A stretch of 64,000 nt of DNA from an uncultured Candidatus Rokubacteria bacterium (GCA_963758635.1 CAVWWD010000003.1:832001-896000), one strand, 5' to 3'; counted from the stretch's first letter, positions 49,053-60,632 are shown. Program-made: numbers and translations. The notes: generated by a model not told the origin, from the sequence alone.

Positions 49053-50255
49053 CTATGCGTTCGGCCCGTTCGCCGGACGCGGTTCGAGCACGATTCCAGC
49101 CAGCGCAACAATGCAGAAGGCCGCACTCGCGTAAAAGGTGAAGGACGCCCCGAGTTGATCCCACAACAGGCCGGCCAATACGCTCGCGAACAGCATGGTC
49201 AGACCGGCAAGTAAATTGAAGAAGCCGAACGCCGTGCCGCGAAGGTCTGCCGGCGCGGTCTCGGCAACCAGGGTTGCCAGCAAACCCTGAGTCATTCCCA
49301 TGTGCAAGCCCCAAAGAAGGATGCCGACAAACACCGTGCCCAGGGAGCTGCTGTATGCGAGCGCAAGATCAGCAGCGATTAACACCGCCAAGCCGATCGC
49401 CAGGAGCTTCGCGCGGCTCACGCGATCGGAGAGCTTACCGAATGGATAGGCGGACACGGCATAGACGATATTCATCGCAACCAGGACCAACGGTATCCAT
49501 GCAATCGGCAGCCCGCCTTGCTGGGCGCGCAGCACCAAGAACGCCTCGCTGAACCGCGCCAGGGTGAAGACGGCTCCGACACAGACCACCCACCAGTACG
49601 CCTTGCTCAGTCGCTTGATCTCGCACCAGTGGATGGGATTGACGCGCTTGGCGGGCGTCACTCGCTCAGGCTCCTGAACGCCGACCAGGAGCAAGCCAGC
49701 GGCGAGAAAGCCTGGAATGACTGCCACCCAGAAGACGACGCGGAAATCGTTCGACCAAAGCAGCATCAGCCCGATTGCCAGCAGCGGGCCGGTGAAGGCA
49801 CCCACGGTGTCCAAGGACTGGCGCAGCCCGAATGCCGCTCCACGCAGGGCAGGGGGCGCAAGGTCCGCCACCAGCGCATCGCGCGGCGCGCCTCGAATTC
49901 CTTTACCGATGCGATCCAGGAAGCGGGCAGTGAGAACCATTCCCGTGCTGGCGGCGATGGCGAACAGCGGTTTGCTGAGCGCGCCGAGCCCATAGCCGAT
50001 GACCGCCAGCATCTTGCGGCGTCCAAGGTAGTCGCTCAAGGTGCCGGAGAACACCTTCACGATCAGTGCGGTCGCTTCGGCCACGCCCTCGACTAGGCCC
50101 ACGGTAAAGGCGCTCGCCCCAAGTGCGGTGAGCATGAATACTGGGAGCAGGCTGTGAATCATCTCGGACGAGATATCCGCCAGCATGCTCACGAAGCCGA
50201 GAACCCAAATGCCCGTCGGGATCCGCAGCGAGGCGCTCTTCGTGGAATGGTTCAT
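49053..50255 (-). CDS. MFS transporter
   Basis: VSMLADISSEMIH; GTLSDYLGRRK; DRIGKGIRGAPRDAL; ~12 TMs; lower-GC codon usage. Confidence 0.9.
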   Translation of the reverse strand: MNHSTKSASLRIPTGIWVLGFVSMLADISSEMIHSLLPVFMLTALGASAFTVGLVEGVAEATALIVKVFSGTLSDYLGRRKMLAVIGYGLGALSKPLFAIAASTGMVLTARFLDRIGKGIRGAPRDALVADLAPPALRGAAFGLRQSLDTVGAFTGPLLAIGLMLLWSNDFRVVFWVAVIPGFLAAGLLLVGVQEPERVTPAKRVNPIHWCEIKRLSKAYWWVVCVGAVFTLARFSEAFLVLRAQQGGLPIAWIPLVLVAMNIVYAVSAYPFGKLSDRVSRAKLLAIGLAVLIAADLALAYSSSLGTVFVGILLWGLHMGMTQGLLATLVAETAPADLRGTAFGFFNLLAGLTMLFASVLAGLLWDQLGASFTFYASAAFCIVALAGIVLEPRPANGPNA

Positions 50256-50594
50256 GCGGCGCGTCCTCATGAGCATCGCCCGTACGAATAGCCGCCAATC
50301 CGGCCGACTCGGCCGCGCGTCGAGCGGTCTGATCGACGGCCATGCGTGCGTCGCTTCTTCGAGGTGGAATCGGGTTAGAGTCGTGGAATCGGATTCATCT
50401 CAATCCTGCGTCTGACGACACCTGCGCATCCGTTCCTTCAACCGAGAGGAAGGATCCTTCCGCTGCTGCCGGTAGCGGCCGCGCCCCAGATCCAGCGGCG
50501 CAGCCCGGAGCACCGAGGAAGTGGCCCCCACTCGCTGTTTCCGTCGCGTCACTCTGGGGGGTCGCTCCAGGGGCGAAGGGCGCTTCCCGTGCGG

Positions 50595-52071
50595 TCAGCT
50601 CTCGTCGTAGCCGGCGGGCTTCCGGAAGCCGCCTACCTCGCGCGCGACGAGCGCGGCGAAGCGGATCGGCGTCAGGTCCTCCAGGTAGGGACCGATGGCC
50701 TGGAGCCCTACCGGCAAGCCGCCGCGTGAGATCCCGATCGGGAACGCGGTGGCCGGCTGACCCGCGACCGTCGAGACGGACGGATACGCGAGGCCGTGAA
50801 GATACGGCACGGTCCGGCCGTTCACGTCGAAGGTGAGCCGGAGGTCGCTGTCGTCCATCGGCCACGTGCGCTCGATGTGCGGGTAGGCGAGCACGTTCAT
50901 GGCCGGAGCCAGCAGCACGTCCCAGTCGCGGAAGAACGCCCGCCAGGCCTGCCGGTACATCTCGCGCTGGCCGCCCCAGAGGACGAAGTCGCCCGGCGCG
51001 CCCGCGAGACCACGGAGATGCGCGTGGGAGAACTCGTCGTCGGGTTTCCGCCACATCTCGATGCGCCGGCGGCGCGCCTCCTCGTCCACGCGCGCGCTCG
51101 TCATCGCCGACAGCAGCGACCGGTACAGCTGGTGATGCGACGCGGTGATCGCCGAGGAGGTCGGGCTGGGCCTCCTTGACGGTGGCGCCGAGACGGCCGA
51201 GGCGCGAGGCCAGCTCCTGCTGCGCCACCACGATCTCGTCGTCGACGGGCAGCCAGGGGATGGCCGGCAGCACCGCCACGCGGAAGTCGGCGAGGCGCTC
51301 GTGGCGCGGCCGCGGCAGCGTCACGCGCCAGGCCACGTCCTCGCCGACCTCGGGGCCGGCCAGCACGGAGAGCGCCAGCTCGAGGTCCTCGGCGCTCCGG
51401 GCCAGCGGCCCCTGCACGCCCATCAGGCCCACGGAGTTCGGCATGGGCGGGATCGGGAACTGGCCGCTCCGGGGCAGGAGCGTCTCGCTCGGCCGGTGCC
51501 CGTAGACGCCGCAGAACGCCGCCGGCACCCTGATCGAGCCGCCGATGTCGCTGCCGACCTCGAGCGCGGAGAGCCCGGCAGCGATGGCGGCCGCGCTGCC
51601 GCCGCTGGATCCCCCCGGCGTGCGGCCGAGGTCCCACGGATTGTTCGAGCGCCCGTAGATGGGGTTGGCCGATTGCCAGTCCGCGAGCATGGGCGGGACG
51701 TTGGTCTTGCCGAGCAGCACCGCCCCCGCCGCGCGCGTGCGGGCGACGGCGGGGGCGTCGTGCTGGGACACGAACCCGCGCCAGTCCGGGACGCCGGCCG
51801 TCGTGGGTAGGCCGGCCACGTTGAACGACTCCTTGATCGTCATGGGCAGGCCGGCCAGCGCCCCGCCCCCGCCGCGGGCCGCGCCCTGGTCGGCGGCGCG
51901 CGCCTGCTCGCGGGCGCGCGTGAAGTCGCGGACGGGCACGGCGTTGAGGCGGCCGTCGTGGCGCTCGATGCGCCGGATGTAGAGCTCGGTGAGGTCGCTC
52001 GACGTGACGTGCCCGGCGCGCAGGGCGGCCAGGAGCTCGGTGGCGCTCGCGAACGGATCCACTGTGCTCAT
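50595..52071 (-). CDS. Amidase (indel near 51135)
   Basis: GLPMTIKES; LLGKTNVP; GGSSGGSAAA; GSDIGGSIRVPA; GLPVGLQ. Confidence 0.9.
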
Positions 52072-52095
52072 CGCGATCCTCCGGTCTCCGCGCCG

Positions 52096-53208
52096 CTACG
52101 GCGTGAGGGCGGCGCGGGTGATCGTCAGGGTTTCCCGGTTGAGCCACTCCGAGTCGGCGAACGCCTCGTTGATGCGCTCGAGCGGGTAGGTGTGGGACAG
52201 GATGCGATGCCACGGCCACCGCTCCCGCGTCCGCACCATGAAGTCCAGCGCGCGCGGGATCACCCACGGGTCGTACTGGATGACGCCCACGATGCGCTTC
52301 GACCCCCACACGAGGAGCGAGGGCTCGATCTCGATCTTCGCGCCCCGGCTGATCGTCCCGATCTCGAGGTAGGTGCCGCCCGAGCGCAGCATCTCGATGC
52401 CCTCGGGGATCACCGCGGGGAAGCCCACGAAGTCGCACGCCACGTCCGCGCCCACCCCGTTCGTCAGCTCGCGGACCCGGCGCACCCGATCCTTCCGGTC
52501 GGGCACTTCGCGCAGGTCGATCGTGTGGTCGGCGCCGAAGGCGCGGGCCAGCTCGAGCCGGCCCGGGACCTGGTCGATCACGATGACCGCGGCCGCGCCC
52601 ATGTCCTTGGCCACGGCGGCGGCCTGCACGCCGAGGCCGCCCGCGCCCTGGATGACGACCCGGTCGCCGAAGCGCACGCCGGCCTGGTGGAGGCCGAACA
52701 TGACCTGGGCGAGGGCGCAGTTGAGCGGGGCCACCACCTCGTCGGAGAGCTCGTCCGGCACCTTGAAGAGATGCCCGCCCGGGCGCAGGTAGTAGTGGTC
52801 GGCGAACGCCCCGTGCAGATGCGGGAACTCCTTCGGCCCGCGCGGGCGCTCGAGCTTGTTCGGGCACGCCGCGGGCTCCATGAGCAGGCACGCGTGGCAG
52901 CGGCCGCACGGGTAGAAGTACGTGTAGGCGACGCGGTCGCCCTCGGCGAGCGGGCGGCCCAGCGAGTCGGTCTTCACGCGGCTCCCCGCCCGGGCGACCC
53001 GCCCCGTCATCTCGTGGCCGAAGATCCAGCCGTCCTCGGGCAGCCGGAGCGGCGCGTCGCCGCGCCAGAAGTGGAGGTCGGAGCCGCAGATGTTGGCGAC
53101 GGTGACGCGGACGAGGACGCCGTCCGGCTCGACCTCGGGGATCGGCACCTCACGGATCTCGAACGGCTTGCCGGGACCGAAGAAGACCGCTGCGCGCGCG
53201 CTCGCCAT
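52096..53208 (-). CDS. Zinc-binding alcohol dehydrogenase family protein
   Basis: ICGSDLH; GHE; CGRCHAC..C; GAGGLG. Confidence 0.9.
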   Translation of the reverse strand: MASARAAVFFGPGKPFEIREVPIPEVEPDGVLVRVTVANICGSDLHFWRGDAPLRLPEDGWIFGHEMTGRVARAGSRVKTDSLGRPLAEGDRVAYTYFYPCGRCHACLLMEPAACPNKLERPRGPKEFPHLHGAFADHYYLRPGGHLFKVPDELSDEVVAPLNCALAQVMFGLHQAGVRFGDRVVIQGAGGLGVQAAAVAKDMGAAAVIVIDQVPGRLELARAFGADHTIDLREVPDRKDRVRRVRELTNGVGADVACDFVGFPAVIPEGIEMLRSGGTYLEIGTISRGAKIEIEPSLLVWGSKRIVGVIQYDPWVIPRALDFMVRTRERWPWHRILSHTYPLERINEAFADSEWLNRETLTITRAALTP

Positions 53209-53212
53209 GGCG

Positions 53213-54442
53213 TCAGGCTCCTTGTTCTCGCCCCAGCTCGAAGGCGTCGTGCAGCGAGCGCACGGCGAGCTCGGTGTACTTGTCCTCGATCACGCACGAC
53301 ACCGCGATCTCCGAGGTCGAGATCATCTGGATGTTGATGTTCTCCTTGGACAGCGTCTCGAATACCCGACTCGCCACCCCGGCGTGGCTCCGCATGCCCA
53401 CCCCGACCACCGAGACCTTGGCCACGCGGTCGTCGGCGGCGATGCCGGCGGCGCCGATCTCCCCGGCGATGCGGCCGAGCGTCTCCTCGGCACGCGCGCG
53501 GTCGGGGCGGGCCAGGGTGAACGAGATGTCGGTGAAGCCGTCGCGGCTGATGTTCTGCACGATCATGTCCACGATGATGCTGCGCTCGCCGAGGGCGCCG
53601 AAGATGCGCGCGGCGATGCCGGGCCGGTCGGGCACGCGCAGGATCGAGAGCTTCGCCTGGCCCGTGTCGTGCGAGATGCCAGTGACGACCACGTCCTCCA
53701 TGCTGTGATCCTCCCGCGTGACGAGGGTGCCCGGGTCGGGCTTGAAGGTGGAGCGCACGTGCACGGGCACGCTGTACTTCTTCGCGAACTCCACCGAGCG
53801 CGCCTGGAGCACCTTGGAGCCGAGGCTCGCCATCTCGAGCATCTCGTCGTAGGACACGCGGGCGAGCTTCCGCGCGTCGGGCACCACGTTGGGGTCGGCG
53901 GTGTAGACGCCGTCCACGTCGGTGAAGATCTCGCACACGTCGGCCTTGAGCGCGGCGGCCAGCGCGACGCCGGTGAGGTCCGAGCCGCCGCGGCCGAGCG
54001 TGGTGATGTCGCCGGCCTCGGTCGCGCCCTGGAAGCCCGCTACCACCGCGATGCGGCCCGCGTCGAGCGCGGCCATGATGCGCTCGCCGGTGATGCGCCG
54101 GATCCGCGCCCGGGTGTGCACCATGTCCGTGACGAGGCCGACCTGCGGGCCGGTGAACGAGGACGCGGGATGGCCGAGGGAGGTGAGGGCCATCGCGAGG
54201 AGCCCGATCGTGACCTGCTCGCCCGTGGCCAGGACCATGTCCATCTCGCGGGGATCGGGCGTGGGGGTGATGGCCGCGGCGAGGCCCAGCAGCCCGTCGG
54301 TGGTCTTCCCCATGGCGGAGACGACGACGACCAGGCGATGCCCGTCCGCCGCGTACGAGGCGACCCGGCGGGCGACGTTCTTGATCTTCTCCACGTCGGC
54401 GACCGACGAGCCGCCGTATTTCTGCACGATGAGCTGCCCCAT
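53213..54442 (-). CDS. lysC: Aspartate kinase
   Basis: VQKYGGSSV; VVVVSAMG; TTLGRGGSD; TDVDGVYTADP; ACT domains. Confidence 0.93.
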   Translation of the reverse strand: MGQLIVQKYGGSSVADVEKIKNVARRVASYAADGHRLVVVVSAMGKTTDGLLGLAAAITPTPDPREMDMVLATGEQVTIGLLAMALTSLGHPASSFTGPQVGLVTDMVHTRARIRRITGERIMAALDAGRIAVVAGFQGATEAGDITTLGRGGSDLTGVALAAALKADVCEIFTDVDGVYTADPNVVPDARKLARVSYDEMLEMASLGSKVLQARSVEFAKKYSVPVHVRSTFKPDPGTLVTREDHSMEDVVVTGISHDTGQAKLSILRVPDRPGIAARIFGALGERSIIVDMIVQNISRDGFTDISFTLARPDRARAEETLGRIAGEIGAAGIAADDRVAKVSVVGVGMRSHAGVASRVFETLSKENINIQMISTSEIAVSCVIEDKYTELAVRSLHDAFELGREQGA

Positions 54443-54515
54443 GAGACCGCCATCGTACACCGGGGGGCGACGGGCGCAAGGACCGGGGATCGCGGGCGAG
54501 GCGCGCTTGCGCTCA

Positions 54516-54593
54516 TGAGCCCCGCGCATCAGACCAATGCCGAGCGGTGGGACTGTAGAGGCCCGTGGCGGTTCCCGTACCCTGCGAGGGTGA
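54516..54593 (-). repeat. Family A element, copy 2
   Basis: 71/78 identity to 2072-2149; directly after the stop of the DUF3106-like gene. Confidence 0.9.
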
Positions 54594-54594
54594 G

Positions 54595-55233
54595 CTACGG
54601 AGCGGGACGCGCGGGTGGCGGCGGTGGTGGAGCGGGACGGCCGCGGCGCAGCTCCTCCCGCGCGCGCTGGCGCTCGGCCGGCGTCATCTGCTGCCAGCGC
54701 TCCCAGTTGCGCTCGAGGCGCTCACGCTGAGCGTCGGGCATCGACTGGTAGTGCTGGAATCGCTGCTGGATCTCCTGCTGGCGCGACGGGGGCAGGCGCT
54801 GGAAGCGCTCGTACGCGCCCTCCAGCTCGCGCTTGCGGCCCTCGGGCAGCTCGTTCCAGCGCTGGAAGTCCTGCATGATGCGCGAGCGCTCCGAGGGCGG
54901 CATCTGCTGGAACCGCTGGAGGCCCTGCCGCGCGGCGCGCCGCTCCTCGGGCGAGAGGCTCCGCCAGTGCCGGTAGTTCTCCAGCGCGCGCTCGCGCTGG
55001 GCCGGCGTCATCTGCCGCCAGCGCTCCAGGTTGCGCCGGACTTGCGCCTGCTCGTCCGGAGGGAGGCGCTCCAGCCCCTTCACGCCGGGCTCGGCCGGTG
55101 TGCTCTCGAGCGGGGGAGGCGGGGGCGGAGGCGGTGGAGGCGCCTGACCCCTGGCCGGCGCGGGGCAGACCAGGGCGATCGCCGCGAGCGCGGCCATCGA
55201 CCAGCGCCTCACGCGCGTGGTGCCCTGGGTCAT
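54595..55233 (-). CDS. DUF3106-like secreted helical repeat protein
   Basis: Signal peptide, Pro tract, repeated (W/F)..(L/M)(S/T/P)P..R units. Confidence 0.75.
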   Translation of the reverse strand: MTQGTTRVRRWSMAALAAIALVCPAPARGQAPPPPPPPPPPLESTPAEPGVKGLERLPPDEQAQVRRNLERWRQMTPAQRERALENYRHWRSLSPEERRAARQGLQRFQQMPPSERSRIMQDFQRWNELPEGRKRELEGAYERFQRLPPSRQQEIQQRFQHYQSMPDAQRERLERNWERWQQMTPAERQRAREELRRGRPAPPPPPPARPAP

Positions 55234-55237
55234 CCCG

Positions 55238-55588
55238 TCACTTCGCCTCCTTCGGGGCCGGCCGCGTCGCGGGTGTCCCGGCCTGCGCGGCCGGCGGCGC
55301 TCCGCTTCCGCGCAGCGTCTCGAGCATCCGGAGCTGCTCGAGAAGCGGCATCCGCCGGGTCATCTCCCGATCCCGCCGATAGTCGGGGCTGGTGAGCAGA
55401 TCGAGGTCTCGAAGGAGCTCCGCGTCCACCGCGCCAGCGGGATCCGTCGCCGCGCCTCCGGACCCTCCCGGGGCGCCCGTGGGAGCGGGCCGGGTCGAGC
55501 CCGTGTCGCCGGCCAGGGAAGGCGCCGCCGTCAGCAACACGAGCGCGAGCGCGCCCGGGCCGAGGCTCCACGGCGGGCGGCCGGGCAC
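55238..55588 (-). CDS. Hypothetical exported protein
   Basis: Signal-like N-terminus; DAELLRDLDLL motif; sits in the ECF cluster. Confidence 0.6.
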   Translation of the reverse strand: MPGRPPWSLGPGALALVLLTAAPSLAGDTGSTRPAPTGAPGGSGGAATDPAGAVDAELLRDLDLLTSPDYRRDREMTRRMPLLEQLRMLETLRGSGAPPAAQAGTPATRPAPKEAK

Positions 55589-55600
55589 GCCGCGGTCTAC

Positions 55601-55678
55601 CGAGCCCCGCGCATCAGACCAATGCCGAGCGGTGGGATTGTAGAGGCCCGTGGCGGTTACCGTATTCTGCGAGGATCA
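55601..55678 (-). repeat. Family A element, copy 3
   Basis: 74/78 identity to 2072-2149; overlaps the anti-sigma 3' end. Confidence 0.9.
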
Positions 55679-56166
55679 TAGCCCTCGTTCCGCGGAACGC
55701 CGCTGTCCAGCCGGCCGATCACGTCGAGGTCCTCGAGCAGGTCCAGGCGCTGGACGAGGTCGAGGTGCGCGATCAGCCCGAGCCGGCTCGCGAGCACCGC
55801 GTCGTCCATGACCAGCGCGTCGCCGTTGCGACCGGGGCTGCCCGGCGTGCCGATGTAGACCATGAGCGCGACGAGCCCGGCGGCGAGCCCGGCCGCCACC
55901 GGCCGCAGGCCCCACACGCCCGTGCCCGCCCGGCCGGAGCGCCGGCGGTCGAGCTTGTCGCGGAGCTCGGCGCGGTAGGCCCCCCAGTGCACGGCGGGCG
56001 CCTCGCCCTGTGCGAGCTGCCCGGCCAGCCGATCGTAGTCGGCGCGCGTCTGCCGGCACGGCGCGCAGCCGGCCAGGTGGGCCTCGACCTCGCGGCGCTC
56101 CTCGTCGCCGAGCTCGCCCAGCGCGAGCGGCCGCAGCCGGTCCTCGACGTGGCCTCTCGATGTCAT
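55657..56166 (-). CDS. Anti-sigma factor with zf-HC2 (ZAS) motif
   Basis: EAHLAGCAPC (HxxxCxxC); single TM; ATGA overlap with the ECF sigma. Confidence 0.85.
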   Translation of the reverse strand: MTSRGHVEDRLRPLALGELGDEERREVEAHLAGCAPCRQTRADYDRLAGQLAQGEAPAVHWGAYRAELRDKLDRRRSGRAGTGVWGLRPVAAGLAAGLVALMVYIGTPGSPGRNGDALVMDDAVLASRLGLIAHLDLVQRLDLLEDLDVIGRLDSGVPRNEGYDPRRIR

Positions 56167-56741
56167 GACGACCCTCCCACTCGCCGGCGCAGCGTCGCAA
56201 AGGCCCGGTGCAGGTGCACTCGCACGGTGGCTTCCGAGAGGTCGAGCACCTCGGCGATCTCCTTGGTCGCCATCCCCTCGCGGCACGAGAGCTGGACGGC
56301 GGCCCGCTGCTTGGGCGAGAGCCCCTCGACGGCCTCCCACAGCCGGGTCAAGCGGCGGCTCTCGTCCACGGCGTCGCCGGGGTCGACGAAGGGCGCCGGC
56401 TGGCGCTCCACCGGGTCACCCCCGTCGTCGTACGGGCGCTCCGTCTCACGCCAGGCAAGGAGACGGCGCCAGCCGCGGCCGCGGCGCTGGTGGTCCAGGC
56501 AGCAGTTGACGACGATGCGGTAGAACCACGTCGAGAACTTCGCCTGGCCGGTGAAGGACCCCGCGGCCTCGTGCACGCGGAGAAACGCCTCCTGGGAGCA
56601 GTCCTTGGCCGCCTCGCGGTCGCGCAGGATCGACCACGCGATCCGGTAGGCGCGCCCCTGGAAGCGCTCCACCAGGAGGTCGAAGGCTCCCGGCTCCCGT
56701 TCCGCCACGCGCCGGCACAGCGTTTCATCGGACGGCTCCAC
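56163..56741 (-). CDS. ECF RNA polymerase sigma factor
   Basis: AKDCSQEAFLR; FSTWFYRIVVN; EIAEVLDLSEATVRVHLHRA; GAGGAG RBS before GTG 56741. Confidence 0.9.
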   Translation of the reverse strand: MEPSDETLCRRVAEREPGAFDLLVERFQGRAYRIAWSILRDREAAKDCSQEAFLRVHEAAGSFTGQAKFSTWFYRIVVNCCLDHQRRGRGWRRLLAWRETERPYDDGGDPVERQPAPFVDPGDAVDESRRLTRLWEAVEGLSPKQRAAVQLSCREGMATKEIAEVLDLSEATVRVHLHRAFATLRRRVGGSS

Positions 56742-56832
56742 GCGCTCCTCGCGAGTCGATCTTCCCACATTGGTCCGGGCCGGACCACGCACAGAGCACG
56801 AGCCCGGGCACCGGAGGGGCCTCGATGGCTTG

Positions 56833-56860
56833 GACGGGGGCTACCGGGCCGGTGTTTACA
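56833..56860 (-). promoter_or_regulatory. ECF-type promoter TGTAAAC-N17-CGTC (probable autoregulation)
   Basis: AAC/CGT signature upstream of the ECF sigma gene. Confidence 0.6.
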
Positions 56861-56892
56861 CCTCCTGGGGGGGGCCCGGAGACGCGGCGGGC

Positions 56893-57924
56893 TCAGGCGA
56901 CGGGCGGAGCGCTCGCCGGCCGGCTGGCCTCGGAGAGGTTCACCTCCTCCACCAGCAGCAGGACGAGCCCCCAGAGGGTCACCGGGAAGAACTGGGAGGC
57001 GTGGAAGAGGATCGAGAAGGCGAGCGCCTCGGGGCGCGGCACGTCGAACAGGGAGAGCGCCAGGACGGTGGCGGCCTGGATGATGCCGGCGAAGCCCGGG
57101 CTCGATGGCAGGCTGACGCCCAGCCCGACGAAGCCCAGGACCGCCCACGAGGCGGCCAGCGGCAGGTAGAGGTGCGCGGCGTGGAGCGCGCACCACGCGG
57201 CGAGGGCCCAGGAGAGCCAGTTGACCGTCGACCAGACGACGATCGGCGCCAGGTGTCCTGGCGTCCGGACACCCCGGAGCCCCTCGTTGAACGTGTCCAG
57301 GGTGTCGGAGACCCGTCGCGCCAGCCGGGCGACCGTGCGCCGGACCACGGCGAGGAGCAGGCGCCGGCACCACTCGGGCGCCGCCGCCATGACCGCCAGC
57401 ACCGCGATCAGGGCAACGTCGATCGAGACGAAGACCATGGCCGCCCACCAGAGCTCCCTCGGCAGCCTCACGGCGAGGAGGAGGTAGGCCAGGATGAGGC
57501 CCACAGCCAGGCCGTCGAGCGCGCGCTCGACCACGATCGTGCCCACGGTGGTCCAGAGGCGCTGCCCCCGCCGCGTCATGACGTAGGCCCGCAGCACCTC
57601 CCCGGCGCGCAGCGGCAGGAGGTTGTTGCCGGTGTAGCCGATGACCACGGCGTTCAGGAGGTGGCGGGGGTGCGCGCCGGGCGGGTACAGATAGTACCAG
57701 CGGCGGCTGCGGGCCCACAGCCCGGCCAGGTTCAGGGCGATGCTCGCGGCGAGGAGGCTCCACCGCGTCTCGGCGAGGCGGAGGGCCATGACGTGGAAGT
57801 CGACGTCGCGGAAGAGGTACACGAGGAGCGCGGCGCTCACGCCGAGGCCGAGCAGGATCCGCCCGACGCGCCGCGCCCGGCCGGAGGAGGCGGTGGGCGG
57901 GCTGGAATCGCCGGGAGCGCTCAC
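56893..57924 (-). CDS. Lysylphosphatidylglycerol synthase TM domain (flippase-like) protein
   Basis: RS.RW; NNLLPLRAGEVLR; TIVVERALD; LPSSPGFAG. Confidence 0.85.
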   Translation of the reverse strand: MSAPGDSSPPTASSGRARRVGRILLGLGVSAALLVYLFRDVDFHVMALRLAETRWSLLAASIALNLAGLWARSRRWYYLYPPGAHPRHLLNAVVIGYTGNNLLPLRAGEVLRAYVMTRRGQRLWTTVGTIVVERALDGLAVGLILAYLLLAVRLPRELWWAAMVFVSIDVALIAVLAVMAAAPEWCRRLLLAVVRRTVARLARRVSDTLDTFNEGLRGVRTPGHLAPIVVWSTVNWLSWALAAWCALHAAHLYLPLAASWAVLGFVGLGVSLPSSPGFAGIIQAATVLALSLFDVPRPEALAFSILFHASQFFPVTLWGLVLLLVEEVNLSEASRPASAPPVA

Positions 57925-58009
57925 GCGCGGCCGACGGGACGGAGCGCGGGGCCGCTCACCGCGGTCCCGCGGCCGCGCGGACCGCCGGCCCCGGGGCCGC
58001 GGACCGCGG

Positions 58010-59314
58010 TCAGGGCGTGTCCTCCACGCGGATCATGGTGGTGCGTCCGGCGACCACCGGGAGCGTGTCGATCGCGGCGAGGGCCGCGCGCATGTCCCGT
58101 TCCCGCGCCTCGTGCGTCATCATCACCACGGGCACGGCCTCGCGCTCCGCGCGCTCCTTCTGCAGGACGGAGACGAGCGAGATGTCGTGCTTGCCCAGGA
58201 TGCCCGCCACCTGGGCGAGGACGCCGGGCCGGTCCAGGGCCATGACGCGCAGGTAATAGGCGGAGCGGATGTCGTCCATGCGCTTGCGCGCGAGCGGGAC
58301 CGCCGCGGTCACCGGCAGGTCCTCGGGCAAGGCGGGGATGCCGTGGGCGACGCGCCGCGCGATCTCGAGCGTGTCGGACCACACCGCCGACGCCGTCGGG
58401 AGCTGCCCCGCGCCCCGGCCGTAGAACATCAGGTCGCCCACGTTGTCGCCGGTGATGAACACGGCGTTGAACACGCCGGAGACCGCGGCCATCGGCGAGG
58501 CGGCGGGGATCATGGTCGGGTGCACGCGCACCTCGAGCGCGCCGTCGCTCACCTTCGCGATCGCCAGCAGCTTGATCCGATAGCCCAGCTCCCGGGCGTT
58601 GATCACGTCGGCCTGCGTGACGCCGGTGATCCCCTCCGTGTAGATCTCGCCCAGGTCGACCGACGTGCGGAACGCGAGCATCGCCAGGATCTGCAGCTTG
58701 TGGGCGGAGTCGAGGCCTTCGATGTCGAGGGTGGGGTCGGCCTCGGCGTAGCCCCGCGCCTGCGCCTCCTTGAGCACCTCGGCGAAGTCCCGCCCCTCGT
58801 CGGTCATCTTGGTCAGGATGTAGTTGCACGTGCCGTTGACGATGCCCGAGGCGGAGCGGATGCGGTTGGCGGGGAGCCCGTCCCGCACGGCGCGGATCAG
58901 CGGGATGCCTCCGGCCACCGCCGCCTCGAAGCCGAGCCACACGCGGCGGCGGCGGGCCTCCTCGAACAGCTCGGGGCCGTGGTGGGCGAGGAGCGCCTTG
59001 TTCGCCGTCACCACGTGCTTGCCCGCGGCGAGCGCCTTCAGGATGAACGTGCGCGCCGGCTCGAGCCCCCCGATGAGCTCGACGACGATCTGGACCTCGG
59101 GGTCGTCGAGCACCCGGCGGGCGTCGGCCACGAGGGGCAGCCGGGCGATGTCGATGCCCTCGCGCGGCCGCGTGAGGTCGGTGTCGGCGACGGCGGCGAG
59201 GACCAGCCCCGCGCCCACGCGCTCGCGCATGTCCTCGCCGTGGGTCTGGAGGATCTTGACGACGCCGGCGCCCACGGTGCCGAGGCCGAGCACGCCGATC
59301 TTGATGTCTGTCAT
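58010..59314 (-). CDS. hom: Homoserine dehydrogenase
   Basis: GLGTVG; VVTANK; EAAVAGGIP; NGTCNYIL; GYAEADP; ACT domain. Confidence 0.95.
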   Translation of the reverse strand: MTDIKIGVLGLGTVGAGVVKILQTHGEDMRERVGAGLVLAAVADTDLTRPREGIDIARLPLVADARRVLDDPEVQIVVELIGGLEPARTFILKALAAGKHVVTANKALLAHHGPELFEEARRRRVWLGFEAAVAGGIPLIRAVRDGLPANRIRSASGIVNGTCNYILTKMTDEGRDFAEVLKEAQARGYAEADPTLDIEGLDSAHKLQILAMLAFRTSVDLGEIYTEGITGVTQADVINARELGYRIKLLAIAKVSDGALEVRVHPTMIPAASPMAAVSGVFNAVFITGDNVGDLMFYGRGAGQLPTASAVWSDTLEIARRVAHGIPALPEDLPVTAAVPLARKRMDDIRSAYYLRVMALDRPGVLAQVAGILGKHDISLVSVLQKERAEREAVPVVMMTHEARERDMRAALAAIDTLPVVAGRTTMIRVEDTP

Positions 59315-59359
59315 GGATGGTCCGGGCGGCCCGTGCCGCGGCGACGGTTCAGCGCGCCG

Positions 59360-60532
<1,173 letters not shown>

Positions 60533-60632
60533 GGGCGCCCCCTCAGGTTCCAGAGATCATACGCGGTCGCTCGGAAAACTGTCAAGGAAACGGGCAGATA
60601 CATGAGCGACGCCCCGCCCGGCGCATTCGCGG

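Noticed and set aside
1..52071. Programmed frameshifting or mass pseudogenisation behind the many split genes
   Set aside because: Breaks also hit housekeeping genes (folK, dapB) and show no common slippery motif; long-read indel error is more likely.
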